Both the position numbers and the translations under genes were made by a program. Positions 19,570 through 30,481 of a DNA stretch of 64,000 nucleotides are shown in pieces (positions within the stretch are counted from its first letter, which is position 1; every line of letters starts with the position of its first letter). The stretch comes from a virus. Taxonomy: Duplodnaviria > Caudoviricetes. The notes below the pieces were generated by a model that was not told the DNA's origin, made no database searches, and was given only the letters and a program-made list of their open reading frames with translations. The stretch spans positions 1 through 64,000 of the IMG/VR virus record IMGVR_UViG_3300046473_000190. One strand, written 5' to 3'.

Positions 19570-20268
19570 ATGTCGGAACCAACCACTCCAAATATTGGCC
19601 TTATCGTACCCAACACGGGAGATTTGCCGGGAGCTTGGGGCACCTCGGCCGTCAATCCGAACATGTCGGCCATTGACGGGCTGTTCGGTGGAACGGTGAC
19701 TCTCACGCTGTCTGGAGCAACCACGGTCACTTTGACATCGTCCACGGCAGTATTGACGCCCGCAGGCGGACCGTTCCAGCAGAACAATGCCTGTATTTTT
19801 ATTACGGGCTCGCAGAGTGCCAATGCGGTTATCAAGTTCAGTCAGCCGGGACGGTATATCGTCAACAACCAAATTTTTAATGCTCCGCCGAGCGACCTCT
19901 ATGTGCAACTTTCCCCGGCTACAGGGACAGGCCGTTCCATTGGAGCGCCAGCCGGCCAGAAAATAACTGTGTTTTTCGATGGCGCTCATATGGATTACGT
20001 GGACTCGTTCCCCATAGGGGGGTTGCTGCCGGTCTTTACGGGAAACCCGTCCGAGGAGCCGCCATGGTGGGCGGCGTGCTCGACCTCCCCGTTCCTTTTT
20101 TGCAATGGGAGTGTTTACAATGTCGTTGATTATCCAGCGCTTGGTGCAATGCTAGGCAGCGCTTATGGCGGCAATGGTGTGACAACGTTCGCCGTTCCGA
20201 CAGCCAATAGCACGTTTATCACGCACGCCGCTCAAGGTCTCGATTCCTTCATTTATATCAAGACATGA
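19570..20268 (+). CDS. tail collar domain protein
   Basis: FLFCNGSVYNVVDYPALGAMLGSAYGGNGVTTFAVP matches the phage tail collar motif. Confidence 0.8.
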   Translation: MSEPTTPNIGLIVPNTGDLPGAWGTSAVNPNMSAIDGLFGGTVTLTLSGATTVTLTSSTAVLTPAGGPFQQNNACIFITGSQSANAVIKFSQPGRYIVNNQIFNAPPSDLYVQLSPATGTGRSIGAPAGQKITVFFDGAHMDYVDSFPIGGLLPVFTGNPSEEPPWWAACSTSPFLFCNGSVYNVVDYPALGAMLGSAYGGNGVTTFAVPTANSTFITHAAQGLDSFIYIKT

Positions 20269-20274
20269 CCGCAG

Positions 20275-22308
20275 ATGCCCTATGGAGCCGTTCAACTCGT
20301 GCCTGGCGTGGATGTGGAGAGGACCCCTACCACGTCGAAGGCTGGCATTAATGTAAGCCAACTGATTCGTTTCAGGGCGGGTATGGTTCAAAAACTGGGT
20401 GGCTGGTCCGCTTTGTATCCGAATGCCATCTCCGGAGTGCCGCGCGAACTGCACGCTTGGCAAGACCTGAACTCCGTCGATCATCTCGGCATTGGCGCGA
20501 CAACCGGTCTGTATGTGCTGACAAACGGCCAGCCGATCACCATTACGCCGCTGTCCACCACGACGAACCCGGCCGTGAACTTCTCGACGGTCATGAATAC
20601 TTCTGTCGTGACTATCGTCGATGCGGGGGCCACGAACCTGTCGACGGACGACATGGTCGTCCTTAATACGCCGGTTTCGGTCGGCGGAATTGTGCTATCG
20701 GGGGCCTATCCGATCGCCAGCGTAGGTGCGGGTTCCTACACGATTACGTCGGCTACGCCAGCGACGGGAACCGTCAACAACGGTGGTGCCGTTCCGCTAT
20801 TCACGACAACGAGCGGGTCCGATATTGTTACGGTTACCCTGAACGACCACGGGGTGGTTGCCGGAAGCTTTGTTGTCTTTACGGCATCAACGACCGGTAA
20901 CGGCGTTACGATCCAGGGGCTGTATACGGTTCAGGCCAAAGTCGACATTAACAATTTTACCATCTCGATTGACGGTCTTGCCACGGCATCGAGCGGGTTT
21001 TCGATGAACGGCGGCAATGCGCAGTTCGTCTATTATCTTACGGTTGGACCGGCGGGCGCCTCAATGGGTTATGGCGCGGGCGGGTATGGCAGCGGCGGCT
21101 ATGGTGTCGGCACGACGACGGCCCAGACGGGTACGCCTATTACGGCTACCGATTGGACGAGCGACAATTGGGGTGAGATTTATCTAGCCTGCCCGTCCGG
21201 TGGGCCGGTCTTTTCGTGGGATCCAACGACAGGTCATCAAACGGCCGGTCCCGTAAATGGTGCGCCGCCTTACAATGGCGGTATCTTCGTGTCCCAGACC
21301 CAGCAGATCCTCGTCTGTTGGGGGTCGACGGTGCCGGAAGCCATCGGTAGCGTCCAGGATCCTCTAACGGTTTCGTGGTCGACGGTCGGGGACTTTAATA
21401 ATTTTCAAGTGCTGACGACGGACCAGGCTGGCAGTTTCCGCATTCCTATCGGTTCCAAGTGCATGGGCGGGATGGCGGTAGCCAACCAGGATCTCATCTG
21501 GACCGACGTCGACGTCTGGGCGATGAACTACCTCGGGCCGCCTTTGGTGTTTGGGTTCAATAAGATAGGTGGCGGTGCAGGATTGATTTCCTCGCATGCG
21601 GCGCAGCAATTGCGCGGCAATGTCTACTGGATGGGACCGTCCAATTTCTACTCGCTGACGACGAATGGCGTGGCCGTCACGCCGTGCCCGGTCTGGGACT
21701 TCGTGTTTCAGAACCTCAATACAGCCTTTCAGCGGAACATTCGGGCGATGGCGAACACACCGTTTAACGAGGCCGGATGGCTATTCCCTTCGGCTGCCAG
21801 TGAAAGCGGGGAATGCGATAGCTACGTTAAATACAACATTGTGGAACAATGCTGGGATTACGGAACCCTGCCGCGATCGGCATGGACTGACGAAAACGTC
21901 TACGGCAATGGCAACCCGATCGGGGCGACGCCGTCCGGGATTATTTATCAGCATGAGACGACAAACGATGCCGCTGGAGGTCCGCTGGCGGCGAGTTTCA
22001 CCACCGGATATTTCTATATCTCCGAGGGTGAGGATTTCGCCTTTGTCGACCAGATCCTGCCGGATTTCAAATGGGGGTTCCTCGATGATGGCGCTGGTGC
22101 GCAAATCCAGTTGTCATTCAATGTGGTTAACTACCCTGGCGACACGCCGCAGACGTTCGGGCCATACACCGTGACACAACAGACACAGTATATTATGGTG
22201 CGGTGCCGGGGTAGGCAGATGTCGTTCACGGTGGCATCGAACGATGTCGGAACGTGGTGGCGGCTAGGATACATTCGCTACCGTTTTGCTGCTTCCGGCA
22301 GGAGATGA
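20275..22308 (+). CDS. tail stabilisation/nozzle protein (P22 gp10 / tube B-like)
   Basis: 677 aa; IRFRAGMVQKLGGW, SWSTVGDF...AGSFRI, IWTDVDVWAM; position. Confidence 0.65.
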   Translation: MPYGAVQLVPGVDVERTPTTSKAGINVSQLIRFRAGMVQKLGGWSALYPNAISGVPRELHAWQDLNSVDHLGIGATTGLYVLTNGQPITITPLSTTTNPAVNFSTVMNTSVVTIVDAGATNLSTDDMVVLNTPVSVGGIVLSGAYPIASVGAGSYTITSATPATGTVNNGGAVPLFTTTSGSDIVTVTLNDHGVVAGSFVVFTASTTGNGVTIQGLYTVQAKVDINNFTISIDGLATASSGFSMNGGNAQFVYYLTVGPAGASMGYGAGGYGSGGYGVGTTTAQTGTPITATDWTSDNWGEIYLACPSGGPVFSWDPTTGHQTAGPVNGAPPYNGGIFVSQTQQILVCWGSTVPEAIGSVQDPLTVSWSTVGDFNNFQVLTTDQAGSFRIPIGSKCMGGMAVANQDLIWTDVDVWAMNYLGPPLVFGFNKIGGGAGLISSHAAQQLRGNVYWMGPSNFYSLTTNGVAVTPCPVWDFVFQNLNTAFQRNIRAMANTPFNEAGWLFPSAASESGECDSYVKYNIVEQCWDYGTLPRSAWTDENVYGNGNPIGATPSGIIYQHETTNDAAGGPLAASFTTGYFYISEGEDFAFVDQILPDFKWGFLDDGAGAQIQLSFNVVNYPGDTPQTFGPYTVTQQTQYIMVRCRGRQMSFTVASNDVGTWWRLGYIRYRFAASGRR

Positions 22309-22309
22309 C

Positions 22310-22684
22310 ATGGCATCGGCCGACGAAGTCAATTCGACGCTCAAGAATCTCGTCAGCAATGTCGGGTTGCTTGTCAACGGCACGGCTTTGATTAATGCGG
22401 TTAACGCCATATCCAGCACATTGGCGACGTCGTTGGCGACGGTGCATGGTTTTGGCGGATCGGCAGTCATGCCGGCGGCAGTTGCTTCCGTGGTTATTGG
22501 CAACGCGCAGTTGGCCAGCACAGGGGTTATAAGTTTTTCACCTGGGAACACCGGGGCGGCCACGACGGTTTTTACGGCCGGCGTATATGTCGGGCCGATT
22601 ACGGCCGGAAGCTTCTCGCTGGTTGTCAATACCGGATCGTCTGTATCGTCCGGCTTATTCTACTATGTCGGCTATAACCCATAA
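22310..22684 (+). CDS. hypothetical protein
   Basis: ORF 22286..22684; ATG at 22310 follows the previous stop. Confidence 0.55.
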   Translation: MASADEVNSTLKNLVSNVGLLVNGTALINAVNAISSTLATSLATVHGFGGSAVMPAAVASVVIGNAQLASTGVISFSPGNTGAATTVFTAGVYVGPITAGSFSLVVNTGSSVSSGLFYYVGYNP

Positions 22685-22696
22685 GGAGCACGACAA

Positions 22697-23350
22697 GTGC
22701 CGCTAAATAAGTCGGGTTCGGAAGGCGCGTTCAAGCAGAACGTCAAGACGCTGATGGGCGAGGTCGGCAAGTCGCCACATGTCCAAAGCCGCTCTCAGGC
22801 CCTCGCGATCGCATATGCCACCAAGCGGCGCGGTCGAGCCATGGGCGGAATTGCTTCCAACCCTTTCACGCTGCGCAATGTGGTACGGCGCGAGATGCAT
22901 ACGGGGCCGATCATGTCGGCCGTACCGGGACGTACCGACAAGCACGCGATGAACGTGCCCTCCGGTTCCTACGTCGTTCCCGCCGACGTCGTTTCGCATC
23001 TCGGGCAGAACAATACGTCCGCGGGCATGCAGGTTTTGCACAAGGAGCTCCACGGTGGTCCCTATGGCGGACCGGGGGCTAAGACACCGAAGATAAAAGG
23101 GCTCGGGCTACCGAAGCCGCCCAAGATGTCGATGGCCAATAAGGGAGGACGCAAGAACGACCATCATATGGGGTCGCCGGTTCCAGTCATGACGGCAGGC
23201 GGGGAGTACGTCATTCCTCCCGAGATTGTCCTGCAGTTTGGCAATGGTGATCTCAAGCGTGGTCATGCTGAATTGGACAAACGCATCATGAACCTGCGAA
23301 AGAAGCACATTCAAACCCTCCGGAAGCTTCCGCCCCCGGCCAAATCATGA
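22697..23350 (+). CDS. conserved phage hypothetical protein with xxGG motifs
   Basis: RBS AAGGAG; GRTDKHAMNVPSGSYVVPADVVSHLG and GGEYVIPPEIV repeats. Confidence 0.65.
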   Translation: MPLNKSGSEGAFKQNVKTLMGEVGKSPHVQSRSQALAIAYATKRRGRAMGGIASNPFTLRNVVRREMHTGPIMSAVPGRTDKHAMNVPSGSYVVPADVVSHLGQNNTSAGMQVLHKELHGGPYGGPGAKTPKIKGLGLPKPPKMSMANKGGRKNDHHMGSPVPVMTAGGEYVIPPEIVLQFGNGDLKRGHAELDKRIMNLRKKHIQTLRKLPPPAKS

Positions 23351-23901
23351 CGGCAGCGTTACCCCCAGTACGTGTCGGGACGCGCGCAGACGAAGCGGAC
23401 ATGATGGCTTTGTGTCATGAACTCCACGAGGACAATGGCCTGTTCGAGATGGAGGATTCTAAGGTGCTGGAAATGCTCGATCGCGCCTATAATCGGCAGG
23501 GCGGTGTGATCGGCATCATCGACGGCGACGGCGAAATCGCGGGAGCCATCTACATGACAATATCGTCAATGTGGTATCGGTCCGTGGAACATCTCGAGGA
23601 ATTATTCAATTTTGTCAGGCCAAAGTATCGGAATACGAAGGCTGCAAAAGCCTTGGTGCAGTTTGCCAAGACATGCAGCGACAAGACCGGGTTGCCTTTG
23701 ATGATCGGCGTCGTCACGAACAAGCGGCTTGAGGCCAAAGTGCGGCTTTACCGGCAGGAATTGGGAATGCCGACGGGGGCATTCTTCATCTACGGCGTCA
23801 AGCAATGGGCGAACGAGAGCGTGATGGACCAGCGCGATTTGTGGCGCGTGCATCGCGGTAAGAAACGTGGCAACGGCCACGCTGAATCTGAGGCAAAATA
23901 A
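23347..23901 (+). CDS. GNAT-like acetyltransferase
   Basis: ADEADMMAL..., EELFNFVRPKYRNTKAAKALVQFA. Confidence 0.6.
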   Translation: MTAALPPVRVGTRADEADMMALCHELHEDNGLFEMEDSKVLEMLDRAYNRQGGVIGIIDGDGEIAGAIYMTISSMWYRSVEHLEELFNFVRPKYRNTKAAKALVQFAKTCSDKTGLPLMIGVVTNKRLEAKVRLYRQELGMPTGAFFIYGVKQWANESVMDQRDLWRVHRGKKRGNGHAESEAK

Positions 23902-26900
23902 ATGGGTATACCCGCCAAAACTGGGAATTCGTCTACCGGCCCCAGCGCATCGGGGACTGCTGCGCTTAATTCTGTGCTGCCGCAGGTTCAGCAATACCTC
24001 AATCCGGCGACCAATCCCTACACCCCAGTTTTTCAGCAAAGCGCTCAACAGAATCCTGAGCAGTTGTCGGCGGTGGGAAATTACAATACCGCCTTCGGGG
24101 CGGCCAATACGGGACTTGGTACATACGGGGAGGCACAGTCGCTTGCCGAAGGCGCGGCACAGCCGCTTACGCAGGCCGAGATCGACCAGTATTTTAATCC
24201 GTATGTGAACGATGTCGTTAATGCGGCGCAACGACAATTTACTCTGCAAAATGCGCAGCAGCAGAACCAAGTGGTTGGCAACGAGACGGCGCAGGGAGCG
24301 CTGGGAGGAAATAGAACTGCGGTTGCGGGAGCCCTAACGGCCGGACAACAGGCGGCGGCAGAAGATCCGATTATCGCCGGAATGCTGCAAGCGGGCTACA
24401 CGCAGCAGGAAGCAATGGCCGCCCAGCAATACCAACAGATACCGTTAGCTGCCGCGTCGGCATTGCAAGGGATTGGTGCCGGTCAGGAAGGTGCGGCTGG
24501 CAATATAGCCAATTTGGGCATGGGCCAATACGGCCTTGGCACTCAACAGCAGCAATATTATACGCCGGGAGCGCCAACTACAGCCACGTTAAATGCGCTC
24601 TATGCCGAGCAACTGGCCAAGTATGGCTATCCGATCCAGCTTACGAATATGGCGGCCGGTGACATTGGCGGTCTCGCCGCAGCCTATGGCTCTAATACCA
24701 CGACGACGCCGCCCCCGCCCAGTCTTATCAGCGGTTTGGCTGGTGCTGGTACTTTCGGGTTGGGATTGGGCGCATTGGGGCAGGCGGGTGCCTTTGCGCC
24801 ACTTGCGGCTATGATTTCGACGGGCGGTCGTGTGCAGGGCAGGCGCGCGGGCGGCGCGGTTCTTCCGGAATCGCCTAGGACATTGCATGCTCAGCAACGG
24901 CAATTGCTTGAGGGACATCGCCGCGTGCAGATGTTCCCGCATGGCAGCAAGGAGTTGTCCTTGCCGTCCGGCATGCGTCGCGTCGAGGCACATAGCGGCG
25001 TGTTCCACTATAATCCGGATAAGGTTTCCGAGGCTGAAATACACAAGCATGCCAAGGCGGGAACAGAGCATCATTTGCTGGATCTCGGCCCTTATTCCAA
25101 GCAGGACATCATGCACCGCGTTCGGGGCGGTGAAGCCCCTGTCGCTGTTGTCGAGCGGCATCCTGATGGGACCGAGGTGCGTGCTGCAGTTGGAACGCGT
25201 GTTACGGCGGCCGAACAGGCTGCGCATATGGAGCGCACGAAGTCGCCCGGACATCGCATTCACGTCGAGGATGTTCGCCATACACTAGCCAAGCGGGCAG
25301 ACGGCGGCCGCGTGCAGGGGTTACTGACAGGCGGCGTTCCGGCAATGCCCTATGGCGCGAGCCCCATGAGTGGTCTTGGGCCGGTGCCTTATGCTGGCGG
25401 CGGCAGCTACGTTCCACAAGGCGCGGTAGTGAATATTCCAAGGCCGCAGGCTGCGCCGCCCATGCCGGAGCAGCAAGACGACGCCTCCAAGATGTTCACG
25501 CAGGCGCTGCAAATGTCTAAGCTGGGCAGCGGTAGCGGTAGCGGCCCAGGACTGGCGACAACGCTAGCCAACAAGTTTGATCCATTCAGTGAGGCCGATC
25601 TGAATTATGCGGCGGAGATGTCGTCCGCAGGCGGACGGGTGCCGCGCGCTTATGGCGGCTTGGCTACGCCATCGTCCAATCGCATCAATGTGCCGATGCG
25701 CGGCGGCTTCGGCATGCCGTCATTTATGTCGCGTGGCGGATTAGCAGAGGGTGGCACGCCGGATGATGACATAGCGACGGCGGGCTTGGTAGCAGCAGCG
25801 GATACAGGCTTGGCGTCAGAGTTCGCTGGTCCGCCGCAGCAGGTTGCGGCATTAAATACTCCCGCCACCGCTCCCGCCGCGTCCGGTCCCACGCCTGGGC
25901 TGGTAGCGGCACCACCCGTGACTGCCGATGTTCCATTGCCACAGCCTCGGCCAAAAGAAGCTGATGAACCACCTAAGCCCTGGCGGGTAGCCGCCAATGA
26001 ATGGACGAAGGCTGGCATGTCGGAGAACGGCGTGGCTGGCGTGCTTGCCAACGTCAAGGACGAGAGCAATTTCGACTCGACGTTGCGTCACCCTGATCAG
26101 CCGCACTGGGGCGGTGAGGCCCATTTTGCGCACGGATTGTACCAAGAGGGTGGCCAGGAGTGGAACAATTACGCCAACTGGCTGCGGAATACGCATCCAG
26201 GCGCGGATTGGCGAGATCCAAAGCTTCAGTCCGAGTTTACTGCACAAAACCTCAAGAACAACTATCCCCAAGTCTGGGACAAGATGGCCAATGCCAAGAC
26301 CAAGGAAGAAGCCGCCCAGGCTTTCGTTTCCGGTTATCTGAAACCTGCCGCTCACTTTGAGAATGCCCGTCTGAGCAAGTATGCCGCCGGCGTTCCCGAT
26401 TCTGAGGACTACGAAAAGATGGCATTCAACACCACGCCTGTTGGCCAACAGCGTGGGTTAATGACTACGACGACCGACGCAGGCGGCATCCCCGGCGTAA
26501 CGCCAATCAAAGCATCGGATATTTCCGGCAAGGCCAAGCCAGACAAGACCGACATTGCGTTGTCGCTGATGGCGGCGGGCCTTGGCATGATGGGGTCGCG
26601 TTCGCCGTATGCCGGTGTGGGTATCGGCCAAGGCGGATTGCAGGGCATCGGGACTTACGAGGCGTTGCATAAGCAGCGGGTGGGCGAGGCTGAACATCAA
26701 GCGCAGTTGGAGATGAATGCTGCCGCCCTCAATCAGCATCCGCAGATGCAGCAGCTACTTTTTGCGCAACAGAAAGCGCAGCAGGAACGGCTATTCGCGC
26801 AACAGCAGCAAATGGAAGAAAAGAAGGCTGCGGATGTACGCGCCTTAGAGGCAATGAAGGAATCGAAACAGCCTCGCACTATTGTCGACTCACAGACTGG

Positions 26901-27990
26901 CATGGTTCGCAATGTTGTTCCGCGAGGGGATGGTACGTTTGAAGATATTATGACCCATGATGTTATAGGGACGCCAAGGGGGCAAACGCCGACCCCGACG
27001 CAGACGCCCCGGAATCCGACGCAACCAATGCCGTCTAATCCGCGCAATGCTTCGGTTACCGCGCCCACTCAATTGGTAAGCGCCGATCCTGGATTTAGGG
27101 TGAGAAATAGCCAATTCGTCGAATCCGGTCAAAGTTTTAACTATGCCAGCGGTGATACGCCTCACATTGAAAAGGGTATGGTTGTTCCAGAACCGCAGGC
27201 GATTGGCGGCAATTCCGTCGATTCGCTAAAGACCGATGCAAAGACTTATCTGCAGACAGGTAAATTGCCGCCGGTTAGCAGGGGCGCGAGCCCGGTAGCC
27301 GTTTCCCAGCAAGCTTATCAGCGAGCAGTCAAGAATTACGCCAATGCTGTGGCGTCGTCTCTTGGCATGACACATGATCAAGTTGCCGAGACAATGCGGC
27401 AAGGCGGGATGATGCCCCGGTTTATCTTGGGTCCGGCTGGGCAGGCCACGGTGTCTCTCGGCACTGCGGTCCGGCATCTGGATACGCTTAGGGAATTCGC
27501 AAAGGCGTGGGATGCGAATGACGTTCAAACGGTTAATCGTCTGCGCACCACAATTTCCAGAGAATTCGGTGATGATGCGGCGACGAATCTTGACACGGTC
27601 GGCAAGATTGTTGGACCGGAAATCATCAAGGCCATTGGTGTTGCCGGGGCAGGAACGGCAGAAGAGCGCGCAGGGGCGGCAGCGCAATTCAGCACTATAG
27701 CCAGCGGCAAGCAGATGCTAGGGGCCATTGACGTTACACAGAAACTGCTTAGTGGTCAGTTAGAAGGCAAGAAGCGACAGGCGGCGGCATCCGGGGTCTC
27801 CGAGGAGACATTCAAGAACCTTATCGGTGATCGGCCTTATGAAATCCTAACGGGTATCGATAAGGGAACGACGAAGGAAACAGAAGGCGCGCAAGCCGCC
27901 CCGAGTGCGCCAAAAGTTGGCGATGTTGTTAAAGGGTATAAATTCAAGGGGGGCAATCCGTCCGACAAGAATAATTGGGAAAAACAGTAA
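23902..27990 (+). CDS. large internal virion/ejection protein with phage tail-lysozyme domain
   Basis: 1362 aa; Q/A/G-rich N-terminus; GMSENGVAGVLANVKDESNFD...GLYQ...AAQAFVSGYLKP (~25996-26385) is lysozyme-like. Confidence 0.7.
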   Translation: MGIPAKTGNSSTGPSASGTAALNSVLPQVQQYLNPATNPYTPVFQQSAQQNPEQLSAVGNYNTAFGAANTGLGTYGEAQSLAEGAAQPLTQAEIDQYFNPYVNDVVNAAQRQFTLQNAQQQNQVVGNETAQGALGGNRTAVAGALTAGQQAAAEDPIIAGMLQAGYTQQEAMAAQQYQQIPLAAASALQGIGAGQEGAAGNIANLGMGQYGLGTQQQQYYTPGAPTTATLNALYAEQLAKYGYPIQLTNMAAGDIGGLAAAYGSNTTTTPPPPSLISGLAGAGTFGLGLGALGQAGAFAPLAAMISTGGRVQGRRAGGAVLPESPRTLHAQQRQLLEGHRRVQMFPHGSKELSLPSGMRRVEAHSGVFHYNPDKVSEAEIHKHAKAGTEHHLLDLGPYSKQDIMHRVRGGEAPVAVVERHPDGTEVRAAVGTRVTAAEQAAHMERTKSPGHRIHVEDVRHTLAKRADGGRVQGLLTGGVPAMPYGASPMSGLGPVPYAGGGSYVPQGAVVNIPRPQAAPPMPEQQDDASKMFTQALQMSKLGSGSGSGPGLATTLANKFDPFSEADLNYAAEMSSAGGRVPRAYGGLATPSSNRINVPMRGGFGMPSFMSRGGLAEGGTPDDDIATAGLVAAADTGLASEFAGPPQQVAALNTPATAPAASGPTPGLVAAPPVTADVPLPQPRPKEADEPPKPWRVAANEWTKAGMSENGVAGVLANVKDESNFDSTLRHPDQPHWGGEAHFAHGLYQEGGQEWNNYANWLRNTHPGADWRDPKLQSEFTAQNLKNNYPQVWDKMANAKTKEEAAQAFVSGYLKPAAHFENARLSKYAAGVPDSEDYEKMAFNTTPVGQQRGLMTTTTDAGGIPGVTPIKASDISGKAKPDKTDIALSLMAAGLGMMGSRSPYAGVGIGQGGLQGIGTYEALHKQRVGEAEHQAQLEMNAAALNQHPQMQQLLFAQQKAQQERLFAQQQQMEEKKAADVRALEAMKESKQPRTIVDSQTGMVRNVVPRGDGTFEDIMTHDVIGTPRGQTPTPTQTPRNPTQPMPSNPRNASVTAPTQLVSADPGFRVRNSQFVESGQSFNYASGDTPHIEKGMVVPEPQAIGGNSVDSLKTDAKTYLQTGKLPPVSRGASPVAVSQQAYQRAVKNYANAVASSLGMTHDQVAETMRQGGMMPRFILGPAGQATVSLGTAVRHLDTLREFAKAWDANDVQTVNRLRTTISREFGDDAATNLDTVGKIVGPEIIKAIGVAGAGTAEERAGAAAQFSTIASGKQMLGAIDVTQKLLSGQLEGKKRQAAASGVSEETFKNLIGDRPYEILTGIDKGTTKETEGAQAAPSAPKVGDVVKGYKFKGGNPSDKNNWEKQ

Positions 27991-30197
27991 TGGCCGAGGA
28001 TGGGCCATGGAATGATTTTACGTCTGCGGCTGACGACGGGCCGTGGAAGGATTTTGCGTCGCCAAAATCCGCCCCGCATTTGATGCCGCATACAGTTGGC
28101 GAGGCCGTCAGTGGCGCGGCTGCGCCAATAATGGACATTCCCTCGACTTACCAGGAAACAATCAAGGGGTCTCTCGAACGGGCTGGGCATGGTGTCGAGC
28201 AGATTAAAACCGGACAGCCGTGGGAGGTTGCCAAAGGTGCCGGCAACATTGCATTAGGCGGTCTTGGCTATCTCACTGCCCCGATCAGTGCCCCGCTGCA
28301 CAGCATTGTTAACAAGCCGATTGCAACAGCTACTAAGCCGGTTCTTGGTGAAGCCGGTAGCGAGTTTGCGGGCAACCTAGCCGAAGCTGGGGCAGGGTTT
28401 GCCTTACCGGTTCCCAAAGGTATTCCTCGCATGGCCAAGGCCTTGCCGGAAGAAGTCGGCTTTGGCGTTACCGGGAGCGAGGCGGATCTGACGGGTGTAG
28501 GCCGCCAGATCGAACAAAATGCCATTCGCAATAGAAAACCGCAGGCTACGGCGTGGGCGGAGCAACGAGAGGATCAACTCGCGCGATCCAGGAATATTGT
28601 CGCCGAAGGGTTGCATCCTGAAGGCGAACAACTTGCCACGACACCGCAGGAAGCCGGGACGTCAGTTTCAAATATCGTTCAGCAGGCGGAGCAGAAAGCA
28701 AAATCCGGCGTTGATGCGCTCTACAAGACTGCCGCCGACCAGCCGGGAATGATCCATCGCCGTGTTTTTGAGGGCATTGGTGACGATATCAAAGCCGATC
28801 TGTATCAAGCCGAAAATCCAGTCGTTGTGTCAGAAATAACGACACCGCACGCCTCGCAAATGGTGGATTATCTTGACAATAAGATTTCCGCATTACTTGC
28901 ACCCAGAAATAAGGCGATCCCGGCACCAACGGAAACTATTGCGGGCATTAACCTGAATGGTGTCGATCAATTGCGGAGAGAACTTGCGACGTTCCGTGAC
29001 GCTTCTTTCCGTGGCGGAACGGGTGCGGACCAAACTGCGACGCAAGAGGTTTTGAAGGCGTTTGACAAGCGAGTTGATCAAGCGGTCAATTCGCCGTTGT
29101 TTACGGGCGACGCAAAAGCGATTCAAGCGTGGAACGATGCACGGGCCGCGCATGCCGATTACCGTTCCACGTTCGGCGGCGGACGGTCGCGAGATCCGGT
29201 CGGCAAGGTCGTGCAGAACATTCTGGGTGACAACGTTAAGGAGCCGATGGAGCCAACCAAGGTTATCGACCAACTGAGTAAGATTGCGGTAGCAAACCGT
29301 GTTAAGACTATTGTTGGGGGCGATGGTTCGCCCGGATGGACTGCCGTCAAGCAAGCGACATTCCGTGATCTTGTGGAAGCGGGCGAGGGTCAGACTGCTT
29401 TTGGCACGGCCAAATCGGCAGAACGACTCAGTAAATTCCTCAATAGCGATGCCGCAGCGGTAATGTATTCACCGGCAGAGACGGCGACCCTGCGCGAATA
29501 TGCGGCCATGCTGCGCCGGATTACGCCACGCCGGGGGGAATATCAACCATCAGCGCCTGGGATTACCGATGCTATTGGTACGATCACAAAACGAATTGCA
29601 GCAGGGATTGGGGCGGCTATAGGCTACAAATTGACCGGGGGAGTCGGCGGGGAACTCGCTGGGGCAGCCGTCGGTCATGGGGTTGAAACCGCTCATCAGG
29701 CAATGCTAGCGCGGCTTTCTAGGCGCCTTCCATTGGTTGCCCCGCAGATGCAACAATGGTCGCGCGCTCAGTCGGCGTTAGCTGCGGCTAAGAATGCGCC
29801 AACCGCTCCTGACTTGGCTATCCGTGCCGCCCGCGCGTCGTCGGCGCTGGAAAAGACCTTGTCAGGGATTGAACAGGAATTTCGGATGCTGCAATCGCCG
29901 GCTCCGGCAGGCGCAGGCGAGCAGAACCAACAGAACGTTCCAGGGCCACCACCCCAAAAGAAACACGGCGGCCGCATAGGCGAAAAGCAAAACCCTGCCC
30001 ATGGCGGTCATATAAGGGAAAAATTTAAACTATCCCACGCCTCAGTCGGCTACATGGCCCAGTCTACCCACTTGCCGCAAAAGTGCAGCGGATGTATCAT
30101 GTTCCTGCCCCAGTCAGGGTGTACGCTTGTGCAATCGCCCATCAAAGCAGGTGGATGGTGTCGGCGGTTTGAGACGCGAAAAGGAGGGACGCGATGA
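27975..30197 (+). CDS. putative DNA ejection protein with C-terminal HiPIP-like domain
   Basis: helical A-rich protein with N-terminal DGPWNDF repeats; C-terminus QKCSGCIMFLPQSGCTLVQSPIKAGGWCRRF. Confidence 0.65.
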   Translation: MGKTVMAEDGPWNDFTSAADDGPWKDFASPKSAPHLMPHTVGEAVSGAAAPIMDIPSTYQETIKGSLERAGHGVEQIKTGQPWEVAKGAGNIALGGLGYLTAPISAPLHSIVNKPIATATKPVLGEAGSEFAGNLAEAGAGFALPVPKGIPRMAKALPEEVGFGVTGSEADLTGVGRQIEQNAIRNRKPQATAWAEQREDQLARSRNIVAEGLHPEGEQLATTPQEAGTSVSNIVQQAEQKAKSGVDALYKTAADQPGMIHRRVFEGIGDDIKADLYQAENPVVVSEITTPHASQMVDYLDNKISALLAPRNKAIPAPTETIAGINLNGVDQLRRELATFRDASFRGGTGADQTATQEVLKAFDKRVDQAVNSPLFTGDAKAIQAWNDARAAHADYRSTFGGGRSRDPVGKVVQNILGDNVKEPMEPTKVIDQLSKIAVANRVKTIVGGDGSPGWTAVKQATFRDLVEAGEGQTAFGTAKSAERLSKFLNSDAAAVMYSPAETATLREYAAMLRRITPRRGEYQPSAPGITDAIGTITKRIAAGIGAAIGYKLTGGVGGELAGAAVGHGVETAHQAMLARLSRRLPLVAPQMQQWSRAQSALAAAKNAPTAPDLAIRAARASSALEKTLSGIEQEFRMLQSPAPAGAGEQNQQNVPGPPPQKKHGGRIGEKQNPAHGGHIREKFKLSHASVGYMAQSTHLPQKCSGCIMFLPQSGCTLVQSPIKAGGWCRRFETRKGGTR

Positions 30198-30481
30198 ATT
30201 GGGAACTTTTCTGGATAGCGTTTGGAATAACTAGCATTTTGCTGACGGTTTTCTCAATGGCTGACCCGCGTTATTAAAAAATGACCCAGAATGAGGTGAT
30301 GGATCAGTTGGATCGTCTTGCGACTCAAGCCAATCAAGAGAGTTTCGAATCGCGTTCGCACGAGATAGCAGCTGGCGAACGCGCTTTATATTTAATCGGA
30401 CTCATCAAAAAGCAATTCGATAAATTCGGTTTTGACGGATGGGATGAAGAAATAGAATGACCGTGCAGTCCATCAAGGCAG

